In this document: positions 13,461 to 22,253 of the stretch, one piece after another | Layout of the letters: every line of letters begins with the position of its first letter | Numbering within the stretch: the first letter of the stretch is position 1 | Origin: Octopus bimaculoides | Lineage: Eukaryota | Direction of reading: 5' to 3' | Assembly: GCF_001194135.2 (NCBI RefSeq) | Contig: NC_069008.1 | Span: forward strand, 17,090,454 to 17,123,676 | DNA: 33,223 nucleotides | The notes under the pieces: model-generated | What the model saw: only the letters and a program-made list of their open reading frames with translations | Database searches by the model: none | Told to the model about the DNA's origin: nothing | Translations under genes and position numbers: made by a program

Positions 13461-13756
13461 ATGTATGTATGTGTAGCCATACAAACATTGATAAATATAT
13501 ACATATATATATATATGTATATATATATATATTTATATATATATATATATTACATACTTATGCATATAGATATGTATCTATATGTGTGTGTGTGTGTGTG
13601 TGTATATATACATAAACAGATAGATAGATATGTATATGCATATCTATCTGCCAATCTCTCAATCTATATTTTTATCCATCTATGTCCATTTATATATCTA
13701 TCTATCTAACGATCTATCTATGTGTATATATTTATATATACATACACTCATACATG

Positions 13757-13794
<38 letters not shown>
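13392..13794. repeat. (TG)n/(TATG)n/(TA)n/(TCTA)n compound microsatellite
   Basis: Direct inspection. Confidence 0.95.
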
Positions 13795-14792
13795 NNNNNN
13801 NNNNNNNNNNNNNNNNNNNNNNNNNNNNNNNNNNNNNNNNNNNNNNNNNNNNNNNNNNNNNNNNNNNNNNNNNNNNNNNNNNNNNNNNNNNNNNNNNNNN
13901 NNNNNNNNNNNNNNNNNNNNNNNNNNNNNNNNNNNNNNNNNNNNNNNNNNNNNNNNNNNNNNNNNNNNNNNNNNNNNNNNNNNNNNNNNNNNNNNNNNNN
14001 NNNNNNNNNNNNNNNNNNNNNNNNNNNNNNNNNNNNNNNNNNNNNNNNNNNNNNNNNNNNNNNNNNNNNNNNNTATATACGATATATGATACATGTATGT
14101 CTGTATGCATTGAAATGTTCCTGTTTCAAATGAGATAATATAACAGTTAACCTTTGCCTAAGGACTCCACATAAATCCATGTATGTATCAAATTTCCAGT
14201 CGTGAATTCAACATAATTTATTTATGAGCAACAGAGCTAGTATTAATACTGAGCGATAATATTTGTCCCCACTGAAACATGGATATTCAATTAGAACAAG
14301 CTTTACTGCAGCAGATAGCACGAGAGAGACTTCCATATTGCCCCTTGGTGAAAAATGCATTCTTGTTTATAACATTGGTGGTGAGATAAATCACTGCAAC
14401 CTCCAGCCTCAAGACCACCAAATCATGTTATTTTGACCCTTGGTTTTGTCAGAGATGGACACCCGACTGCTAAAGATAGCAGCAATTCATCTAGAGGTGT
14501 ATATCATTAGAAATACAGTGGTAGCTCTCAGTACAATTTTAATTTGTTCCATGACTGAGCTAGTCTTATGATTTATTTGTTTTACAAATCAATTTTCCCC
14601 ATTGAAATTAACTAAAATATAATTAATCCATTCCAGCCCCTACTGGGTGGTCGGTATTAGGAAAGGCATCTAGCTGTAAAAATCCTGCCAAAACAGACAC
14701 AGAAGTTTGGTGCAGGTTTCTGCCTGGCCGGGTCCTGTCAAACCATCCCACCCATGCCAGCACGGAAGAAGGTAGATGCTAAACGATGATGA

Positions 14793-14947
14793 CAGGAGCA
14801 AACTGAGCCCTCTGCCAATCGGGCACTGCTTGAGGGCCCAGAGCATTGAAGGGCCCGCACTCTACATGTTAACTCTACTAAACTAATGCTAAGGGGCCCA
14901 GTAAACAGTTATGCCCAAGGGCCCTTAATACTCTCAGTCTGCCCCTG
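14793..14947. mobile_element. hAT-like MITE (155 bp) inserted in a (GAT)n SINE tail
   Basis: 15-bp TIRs CAGGAGCAAACTGAG / rc CAGGGGCAGACTGAG (13/15), 8-bp flanks GATGATGA on both sides, internal GGGCCC motifs. Confidence 0.7.
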
Positions 14948-15141
14948 GATGATGATGATGATGATGATGATATACTGCAGTCGATAGCTGAGAATCCCAT
15001 ATTGGTTTTTTTGGTGCAAAATGCACACTTGTTTATATCAATAGCAATCAAATGACTGAGACAAGTAAAAGAGTAAAAGAGAGTACTGTAGACGAGTAAA
15101 CAAAGAATTGCACATACTGTATGGAAAATGAAACTCAGGAG

Positions 15142-15281
15142 GTGAGCGTGTGGTGTTGTTTTGCATTTATAATGAAATAAACATATACAAATAATTAACA
15201 AAATACGTTTCTACTTCATGGATCTTCACCTATCACAGGGTGTTTTGGATTGTAACATCCACGATAGTCGAGGGATTACTG
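15142..15281. mobile_element. DNA-transposon (Tigger/pogo-like) terminal fragment, copy 1
   Basis: Ends in …ATAGTCGAGGGATTACTG|TA (rc CAGTAATCCCTCGAC…). Homologous to 21428-21576. Confidence 0.6.
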
Positions 15282-15484
15282 TATATATTATATTGGTAGG
15301 GAAAAATCCAAATTCACTCACAAGTCCTTGGTCAACCTCGAGCTATACTAAAAGACACTTGCCTGAGTTGCCACACACTGGGACTGAACCTGAGACCTCT
15401 TGGTAGCAAAGCAAGCATCTTAACCACCCAGCCAAATCTGCTCCTTTGTGTAAAATCGTAACCAAAACTAATCTTTTCTAACAG

Positions 15485-15501
15485 AGTGATCGTCAACAAT
15501 T
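15485..15501 (+). CDS. Probable start of an additional C1orf87-like exon that runs into the N gap
   Basis: Branch-like ACTAAT + CTTTTCTAACAG acceptor ending 15484, then 17 known nt (SDRQQ.. or VIVNN.. open) before Ns. The next visible exon needs a phase-2 upstream donor that is otherwise unaccounted for. Confidence 0.4.
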
Positions 15502-15699
15502 NNNNNNNNNNNNNNNNNNNNNNNNNNNNNNNNNNNNNNNNNNNNNNNNNNNNNNNNNNNNNNNNNNNNNNNNNNNNNNNNNNNNNNNNNNNNNNNNNNN
15601 NNNNNNNNNNNNNNNNNNNNNNNNNNNNNNNNNNNNNNNNNNNNNNNNNNNNNNNNNNNNNNNNNTCTAATTAACGAACATTTCTTTTTTTTTTTTCAG

Positions 15700-15814
15700 C
15701 CATTTCAAAGGTTACAGAAGTTCCAGGCGTTTATTAGCCCTTGACCCCATTTCAGACAAACCCACACAAATCAACCCAACCCTTCTTCAGGCCAACACTA
15801 ATGACGATTCACAG
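15700..15814 (+). CDS. C1orf87: C1orf87-like gene, first fully visible coding exon (115 nt; xHFKGYRSSRRLLALDPISDKPTQINPTLLQANTNDDSQ)
   Basis: Poly-T tract + CAG acceptor ending 15699 and donor CAG|GTAAGG at 15815. Only this frame (1 nt + 38 codons) runs open and ends in phase 0, which matches the next exon. No independent homology evidence for this exon. Confidence 0.7.
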
Positions 15815-16227
15815 GTAAGGGATGATTGCCTTCACATCACTGGCCTATAATTAATAATTTTACTAAGTAGTTTGGTACGTTAAAATACCCTTTTTAGGTA
15901 AAATTACACAAATATTCTATAATTATAAACATAATTATAATCAGGGGTCAGCTAATTGCTTCGCCACACACCGAATTTAGAAATAGGAGTTAAAATGCCT
16001 TTTCTGCTATCATAAAAGATATATATAAACATATATATTTCTATATACGTGATCAAAACCATTCTAGCCATGACCATCCTGTCTTTATTTTATGTATTTA
16101 TGACTTCATTGTCTTTTATATCCTTTTTAAAGACAATACAGTGTGACTTGAGGGATATATGACTGCTATTTCTTATCCGGATTTTCTCTCTCTCCTGTAC
16201 ATGCAGTTGTCTCTTCTTACCTTCCAG

Positions 16228-16956
16228 GGCAGCAGCTCTCCCAATCTGATGCGGAAGACCCCTCTTGGGTTTCGACCCGATTCGAAAACCATGAAGCTCA
16301 GCCCCTACAACACCTTGCCGCCGATCGCACGGTACCGCACCAAGAACCAGATGTCGACTGTTTTTGAACCGGAGAGCTGGACGCTACCCCGCAAGGATTT
16401 CGTGAACGGCCGAGAATACAGCTCGGGATATCTCGGCAAAACCGAGGACCCGAATTACCTGACCCGCCAGCAACAGCAGCAATCAGTGGCGCCAGGGGTA
16501 GCAGTTGAAAGCCAACGACAGCAGCGGCAGCAGCTTTCTCCGGACATTCAGCATGATGCATTCACGGAGAGCAACACACAAACTGACCATCCTCAGCAGA
16601 ATTTAGTGACCGTCAACACTAATGTCATGACCACCCCTGCTGCTTCGGTCAACAACAGTGCTAGCACCACTGAAGATGGCCCCGCTCTCCACGTGCTTCA
16701 TGCGGCTCATGCTGACCACATCAGTGACCGGCAGTATTTACTTGGATTATTACCAAAACTTCCATATCTACCGTCCGAACAGCTCCGGCTCAACGCGGAC
16801 ACGGAGATAAAACTGATGAAGATGCTGCACGATGAACTGGCCACCGTCCACCCAAACGTACTCAGGGAAATCTACATGATGCTGTGTACGTTTGACCGCC
16901 GACTGACCGGCTGGTGCCGGCTCCAGGACATCAGTTTCACACTGTCGAAAAAGAAG
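16228..16956 (+). CDS. C1orf87: C1orf87-like gene, large exon (729 nt, phase 0-0): S/T/Q-rich disordered region, then first EF-hand-like helices (…KLMKMLHDELATVHPNVLREIYMMLCTFDRRLTGWCRLQDISFTLSKKK)
   Basis: Lies inside ORF 16159-17142. Acceptor cttaccttccAG ends 16227; donor AAG|GTCAGT at 16957. GC-rich coding-like composition; the ORF beyond the donor decays into a (CAT)n microsatellite. The C-terminal part aligns by eye with human C1orf87 as recalled (LALVRRELKSRP…LQKELKILDPISSGFLLQSQL). Confidence 0.88.
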
Positions 16957-17198
16957 GTCAGTATTGGATTGTTGTTATCATCATCACTATTGTCACCGTC
17001 GTCAACATTATCATCATCAGCCTCATCACCACCCTATCATCATCATCATCGTCATTGTCATCTTCATCCTCATCTCCAATACCCCACATCACCACTACAA
17101 CAAAATCTTAATCACCTCGTTATACACCCCCCCACTTTTTAAATTCCAAAATATTTTAATGTCCCAAATGTCTTTGTTTTTCTGACATGTGTATCCAG

Positions 17199-17329
17199 GT
17201 GACTGTTTCAACAGAGACTCTCAGACTTGTGGCATCTTTATTTGTGGCCAAAGACTGTCCAGGGTTGGTCAATTATGAGAAAATACTCTCTCTGTTTGGT
17301 GCAGCGCTAAAGTTTGGACACAACAGCAA
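17199..17329 (+). CDS. C1orf87: C1orf87-like exon (131 nt; VTVSTETLRLVASLFVAKDCPGLVNYEKILSLFGAALKFGHNS)
   Basis: Acceptor gtatccAG, donor AA|GTAAGT. Phase 0 in, phase 2 out. The motif LVNYEKIL matches the recalled C1orf87 motif MVNYEKLLWFL. Confidence 0.9.
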
Positions 17330-17600
17330 GTAAGTTATACTAATATGTATACTGTTTATGTGTGTGTGTGTGTGTTATCATCATCATGTGCTATAGGGGG
17401 GGGCAGCCCTTTTTAGAGTTCCTTGCACCCCCGTGGTTTTAAGATCAAAGATGTCTAATCACCCGAAAAAAATGAAATAACTGTTGTTAGAGAATCGGTT
17501 CACGTTATGTTTATTAATATATTTGAATTAGTTTAAATATCATAACATCGTGAAATCAGGGAGTGTTTTTGTGGACACCCTGTATAGCACATATATATAC

Positions 17601-17735
17601 GACGGGCTTCTTTCAGTTTCCCCTCTACCAAATCCACTCACAAGGCTTTGGTTGGCCCAAGGCTATAGTAGAAGGCACTTGCCCAAGGTGCCATGTAGTG
17701 GGATTGAACCCAGAACCATGTGGTTGCGAAGCCAC
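17601..17735 (-). mobile_element. tRNA-derived SINE (family b)
   Basis: GGGCTTCTTTCAGTTTCC…CCAAATCCACTCACAAGG…GAACCCAGAACCATGTGG, homologous to 2721-2875. Confidence 0.85.
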
Positions 17736-17932
17736 ATTACTCTTGCTAGCTACTGTCGGAATAAATTTTCATCACTCTCTGATATTTATTGTGTTTGTAA
17801 CATGGCAAATCCATAAGAGATTTTATCACAAGACAAATACCCAAATAACCAAGCTATTGACAGTGTTTGTACATTAGATATGATACTGAGATAGCTATTT
17901 TTATGTTTGTTTGTTTGTTTTTTTCGTTGTAG

Positions 17933-18040
17933 TGTTGTAAGAAACCACGTTGAAAAGAATTCCATTCTCAGCCAGTTACAACAACCGGAAGATTCTCCAC
18001 CGAAATATTTCAACAATACTCTTGAAAAACCAATTGATCT
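17933..18040 (+). CDS. C1orf87: C1orf87-like exon (108 nt, phase 2-2 linker; NVVRNHVEKNSILSQLQQPEDSPPKYFNNTLEKPID)
   Basis: Long T-rich tract + ttgtAG acceptor; donor CT|GTGAGT. Open in the phase required by both neighbours. Confidence 0.8.
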
Positions 18041-18294
18041 GTGAGTCAAAGATTTAGGCGTCGTTTCGTCTTTGATGAGGGGTGTGTGACCATGCTGGAG
18101 CACCACTGGTCTGACAGGTTTAGTTCTGTTTTCCATAAGGCAGGGTACATGTTCCCACTGGTGGTGGTGTGGGATTGTGGTAATATTTTAGCAGAGGCGT
18201 GAGTTACTTCAGAACAAGATGTATGTAATTAACTAGGGAGGAAAATTAGTAATTAAGTTTTAATTAAAATACCCTCTGTGTGTGTGTGTGCCCC

Positions 18295-18430
18295 ATCATC
18301 ATCATTTAACATCCACCTTCCATGCGGGTATGGTTGATTGATTTGACAGGAGCCGGCCAGGAATGAGTCTACACCAGACTTCTGTGTCTGTTTTGGGAGG
18401 GTTTTTACAGCTGGATACCCTCCCTAACAA
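18295..18430 (-). mobile_element. Diverged family-a repeat, inverted
   Basis: CATCATCATTTAACATCCACCTTCCATGC…CAGCTGGATACCCTCCCTAACAAC.ACC is the rc of the family-a 3' end. Confidence 0.7.
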
Positions 18431-18863
18431 CAACCACCCCATAAAGTGGACTGAGTGCTTTTTACGTGGTACCAGCAGAGGTGAGGTCAGTTTTGGTGTG
18501 GTTTTTACAACTGGCTGCCTTTCCAAATGCCAACCACTTTACAGTGTGGATTGGACATGTGAGGGGTTGCTGAAAACTTCCTTGTTTTAAGGGTGTTGTG
18601 AAAGGCCTGGTCGGAGGCCCAATCTTCTGAGTTCTTTTACAGGGCTTAGAAAAACTGAAGGACCCCTGCAATAAGTGTGTGAGTCTGAGAGGGGAATATG
18701 CTGAATGAAATCATGTATTTAAGTGATCTTCCTCTGGTTTCTTTTACCCAAAACCAGGAACTTTCCAGCACCCCTTTGTATATATGTTTGTTTATGCATG
18801 TGTCCGAGTATATATTAAATGTATCCAAGCTGCTGTATATTTATGTTTTCCTTCCTTGACCAG

Positions 18864-19026
18864 TCCAAAAGGGGAATCTCCAATGCCCGACCAGGACATT
18901 GCTAAATTAATCCGCGCCGTTGAACGAGAACTACGACAGGTCAGCTACAACATAAATTTTGACAAGCTGGCTTCCAGCTTCCAAACTGAAGACCGAAATC
19001 ACAGAGAGACCCTGTCGGCCGATCAG
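18864..19026 (+). CDS. C1orf87: C1orf87-like exon (163 nt; LPKGESPMPDQDIAKLIRAVERELRQVSYNINFDKLASSFQTEDRNHRETLSADQ)
   Basis: Inside ORF 18784-19110. Acceptor ccttgaccAG, donor CAG|GTAGGT. Resembles recalled C1orf87 RLNIDNLNLSFRKEDRSFSGCLPLPKV. Confidence 0.88.
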
Positions 19027-19087
19027 GTAGGTACCCGGGTGGATTTCTTATTTCTTCAAGGGTTGCATCAATGGTTGTTGTTGTTGT

Positions 19088-19290
19088 TGTTTAGCCATTG
19101 GTTGGTCTGACTTAACCCAGCAGACCTACGATCAAAGATGTTCCAAGCCTTGTCAGTGGATTTGGTAGATGGAAACTGAAAGAAGCCCGTTGCACGCGCA
19201 TGTCTGTGTGTCTTTGTCCCCCACCACATTTGACAGCCATTGTTGGTGTGTTTATGTTCCCATGACATTGTGGTTCAGCAAAAGAGACCA
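19088..19290 (+). mobile_element. SINE fragment containing the family-b core in opposite orientation
   Basis: GTGGATTTGGTAGATGGAAACTGAAAGAAGCCCGT is the rc of the core at 17601-17645. Confidence 0.7.
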
Positions 19291-19510
19291 ATAAAATAAG
19301 TAAGTATAAGTGTTCTGCAGGGTTGCCTTATTTTTACCCTTAACTTAGAAATGGAGAAAGACATAATGCCAGATTTAAAAACAAATAGCCATTTGGGGCA
19401 AAAAATATGGTGGAAATACATGAAATTCTTTGAGCAGGCATGTGTCTTATGTAAAATCTGTGACAAGCTGACTGACGCTCAGGACGCCTCTGATATATAT
19501 ATACATATAC

Positions 19511-19587
<77 letters not shown>

Positions 19588-19602
19588 NNNNNNNNNNNNN
19601 NN

Positions 19603-19667
<65 letters not shown>

Positions 19668-19719
19668 GTAAGATGAGGATCCTGACAGAATCAAGACAAA
19701 CCCCAGGACTTATTCCAAA

Positions 19720-19805
19720 GAATAAGTCCTAGGGTCGATTTGCTCGACTAAAGGCGGTGCTCCAGCATGGCCGCAGTCAAATGACTGAAACAAGTAAAAG
19801 AGTAA
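19720..19805 (+). mobile_element. SINE 3' module (family c)
   Basis: TAAGTCCTAGGGTCGATTTGCTCGACTAAAGGCGGTGCTCCAGCATGGCCGCAGTCAAATGACTGAAACAAGTAAAAG. Confidence 0.8.
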
Positions 19806-19887
19806 GGAATCCATTTAGTGGTCTCTTCACTTATTTATATACCGTTGGTGATTTTCTTTCTCCGTCTTCCCTTTTTGGGACTTTTTC

Positions 19888-19963
19888 TCTATTTCTGACG
19901 AAGAGCTCCGCTCGAAACGTGAAATTCCCTTTCTTTTCTTTCCTTTCCTGAGCGTCCAATAAC
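19888..19963 (+). ncRNA. Type I hammerhead-ribozyme-like motif (intronic, probably repeat-borne)
   Basis: CTGACGA(19895-901)-A-GAGC tcc GCTC-GAAA(19914-17)-CGT…GCGTC(19952-56). Stems II and III are present with a GUC triplet; stem I is weak (TATT/AATA). Confidence 0.5.
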
Positions 19964-20306
19964 ACTGTACTTATTCCATGTCCTCGCGTTGTTGTTTCTT
20001 CTTGCTTGTTCATGTTTGGATTGACCATATGTGTGTGTGTGAATCTAGAAATGTACTCTAATTTAACTAAAAGACCAATCTTCACACAAGCAAGCTTCCT
20101 TGACCCTTTCCTCCTTCCAAAATTCTTCTTGGACGACATTGGTCAGTCTGCCGCTGTCATAGAAGCCTCCAGAACACATCCACCATGATACAGCCAACTA
20201 GAAACAAACCCCAAGATCATTGACGATCACAAGGATCAAACTTATTCACCAGATGGCGCCAGGGCTGACAATCTTGTCTGAATGTCTTGTTATGTCTTCA
20301 TTTCAG

Positions 20307-20404
20307 ATTAAACGTGTTTGTTACCGAAATACGATTCCGGTCAGTGAGTCTCTGCTGGACGACATTCTTTACCGATGTTGTGATGTTAGCAATGGACAGT
20401 ATAG
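20307..20404 (+). CDS. C1orf87: C1orf87-like exon (98 nt; IKRVCYRNTIPVSESLLDDILYRCCDVSNGQY)
   Basis: Acceptor cttcatttcAG, donor AG|GTAAGT. Phase 0 in, phase 2 out. Resembles recalled RAICGKHGLYLTLSLLETLL. Confidence 0.88.
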
Positions 20405-20479
20405 GTAAGTCACACACACACACGCAGATACAAATATCACTACCTTCTGCTGGAGCCTTGTGGAGCTTTATGTGTTTTT

Positions 20480-20577
20480 GCTCAATAAACACTCACAACG
20501 CCCGGTATGGGAATTGAGACCGTGATCCTATGACCACAAGTCCTCTGCCCTAACCACTGGGCCATCGTGCCTCCACC
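20480..20577 (-). mobile_element. tRNA-derived SINE head (family d), inverted
   Basis: rc GTGGAGGCACGATGGCCCAGTGGTTAGGGC…GGTCTCAATTCCC. Confidence 0.75.
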
Positions 20578-20637
20578 TTATGAGTCTCTATGACTCAGGA
20601 AGGAACATGTAAAAAGCACCCAGTACACTCTGTAAAG

Positions 20638-20880
20638 TGTGGAGGTGCGTGGCTCAGTGGTTAGGATGCTGGACTCATGATCATAAGATTATGGTTTCGA
20701 TTCCTGGACTGGGCAATGTGTTATGTTTTTGAGCAAGACACTTCATTTCATATTGCTCCAGTCCACTCAGCAGGTACAAATGAGGAATCCTGTGACAGAC
20801 TAGCGTCTCATCCATGTGAGGAATTTATACCCCATGGAAACCGAGAAACCGGCCCTTGTGAGTCGGCATGACCTCAGAAC
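20638..20880 (+). mobile_element. tRNA-derived SINE (family d)
   Basis: GTGGAGGTGCGTGGCTCAGTGGTTAGG (A box) and GGTTTCGATTCC (B box), followed by a non-tRNA body. Related copy at 28594-28790. Confidence 0.8.
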
Positions 20881-21206
20881 GTAACTTTACCTTTTACCAG
20901 TAGAGGGTCCACATAGCTACCCACATTATAGAATCGATGGGTGGGAATGATAAGGGTGGAGCTGGAAAGAGAGATAAAGATGGTGAAGATGAGGCATCAG
21001 GGTGAGCTCTGGGTGGCATGGGGGTAGAAGAACAGAACTGGAGATTGGGTAGAGGTAGCATAAACATAAGGCGGGTGTAAAGGAAGAACTTAATCTAATT
21101 TACTCTTTCTGGACTGCTTTTGCCCTCACTAAATGCACATTCCGACCATCGCATGTTTCCACGAATTGTTTTGTTTCCTTCAATGTATTCAGGTTTTTTC
21201 TTGCAG

Positions 21207-21387
21207 TTGGCACAAGTTCATCTCGTTCCTAGAACGTGTTCAACCAATCCACACCGGACTCAGGATTCCTTCCAGCAAAAGGCCACTGGAGTATGCTAAG
21301 AACTACCTGGCACCATTACCAAACTGGCCAAAAGCTACACAGACACCTAGGGATGTAACACAAAAGGTGTTGCCAACAAGAGAACAG
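21207..21387 (+). CDS. C1orf87: C1orf87-like exon (181 nt; SWHKFISFLERVQPIHTGLRIPSSKRPLEYAKNYLAPLPNWPKATQTPRDVTQKVLPTREQ)
   Basis: Acceptor ttttcttgcAG, donor CAG|GTGAGA. Phase 2 in, phase 0 out. YSWHKFISFL matches recalled IKWQNFVEML. Confidence 0.88.
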
Positions 21388-21427
21388 GTGAGAGGGATTT
21401 CAACCCCATTAGCATTCAGATTCCTCT

Positions 21428-21576
21428 GTGGTGATGTTTTGCATTTATAATTAAATAAATTCATACAAATTATAAAATTAATTTTTAAAAATAACAGTAC
21501 AGTACTGTTTCTACTTCATGGATTTTCACCTATCACGGAGGGGTTTGGGAATCTAACACCTGCGAGGGATAACTAT
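21428..21576. mobile_element. DNA-transposon (Tigger/pogo-like) terminal fragment, copy 2
   Basis: Shares GTGGTG.TGTTTTGCATTTATAAT…TTTCTACTTCATGGAT.TTCACCTATCAC…GAGGGAT.ACT with copy 1, in the same orientation. Confidence 0.6.
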
Positions 21577-21624
21577 ATGTATACGCTAAACTTGGCTCAT
21601 GAAGACCTGTTGGGGCAAGCGAAA

Positions 21625-22003
21625 GCGAAATTATGATGGCACTTGTGCCCAACGTCGCCTTTCTGGCACTTGTGCCGGTGGCATGTGTAAAGACATTCAA
21701 GCGAGATCGTTGCCAGTGCCGCTGGACTGACTCTTGTGCAGGTGGCACATAAAAAACACCATGAGCGTGGCCGTTGCCGGTACCGCCTGACTGGCCCCCG
21801 TGCCGATGGCACGTAAAAGCCCCCACTACACTCTCGGAGTGGTTGGCATTAGGAAGGGCATCCAACTGTAGAAACTCTGCCAGATCAGATTGGAGCCTGG
21901 TGTAGCCTTCTGGTTTCACCAGTCCTCAGTCAAATCGTCCAACCCATGCTAGCATGGAAAGCGGACGTTAAACGACGATAATGATGATGATGATGATGAT
22001 GAT
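21625..22003 (+). mobile_element. Retroposon-like repeat (family a) with (GAT)n tail
   Basis: Internal GTGCCGGTGGCA subrepeats, conserved 3' end, GAT-rich tail. Confidence 0.85.
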
Positions 22004-22094
22004 ATAAACCCTACAGCAATGAAACAGTGATTATAGTTTGTGAGATTGTTCTTCCCTTCACAGCACTAACAATTTGTCTGTGTTCTCTTTGTAG

Positions 22095-22253
22095 CCTCTC
22101 TTAGCGGCCGGATTACCATCAAACAAACAACGAAAGGACGGAAACAGGGAAAGAAACACACCACAGCATCAGAAAGACGAAGATAAATTACAGCTGAAAG
22201 AAGGGGAACAAGTGGCTAGGGGTTTGTCCCCTAATTACGGTGATAGGTGTACA
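22095..22253 (+). CDS. C1orf87: C1orf87-like exon (159 nt, phase 0-0, charged linker; PLLAAGLPSNKQRKDGNRERNTPQHQKDEDKLQLKEGEQVARGLSPNYGDRCT)
   Basis: Acceptor ttctctttgtAG. Three GT donors lie close together; ACA|GTAAGT (22254) is the consensus one and the only one in phase with the next visible exon. Confidence 0.72.

Noticed and set aside
86-14180. Dozens of ORFs with YI/CV/HT/LS dipeptide repeats, poly-T/V/H, or X runs
   Set aside because: They are translations of microsatellites or read-through of N gaps, with no coding-like composition or consistent splice structure.
16957-17185. 3' extension of ORF 16159-17142 and ORFs 16914-17111 and 16964-17185
   Set aside because: Intronic (CAT)n microsatellite after a consensus donor.
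20638-20715. tRNA-like A/B boxes here and at 2800-2875, 8608-8680, 23590-23684 and 28594-28655
   Set aside because: No complete cloverleaf; each continues into a shared repeat body, so these are SINE heads, not tRNA genes.
20890-20965. Minus-strand exon-like segment with a strong pyrimidine tract (STLIIPTHRFYNVGSYVDPLL)
   Set aside because: No partner exons were found, it is adjacent to a SINE, and it is more likely repeat-derived.
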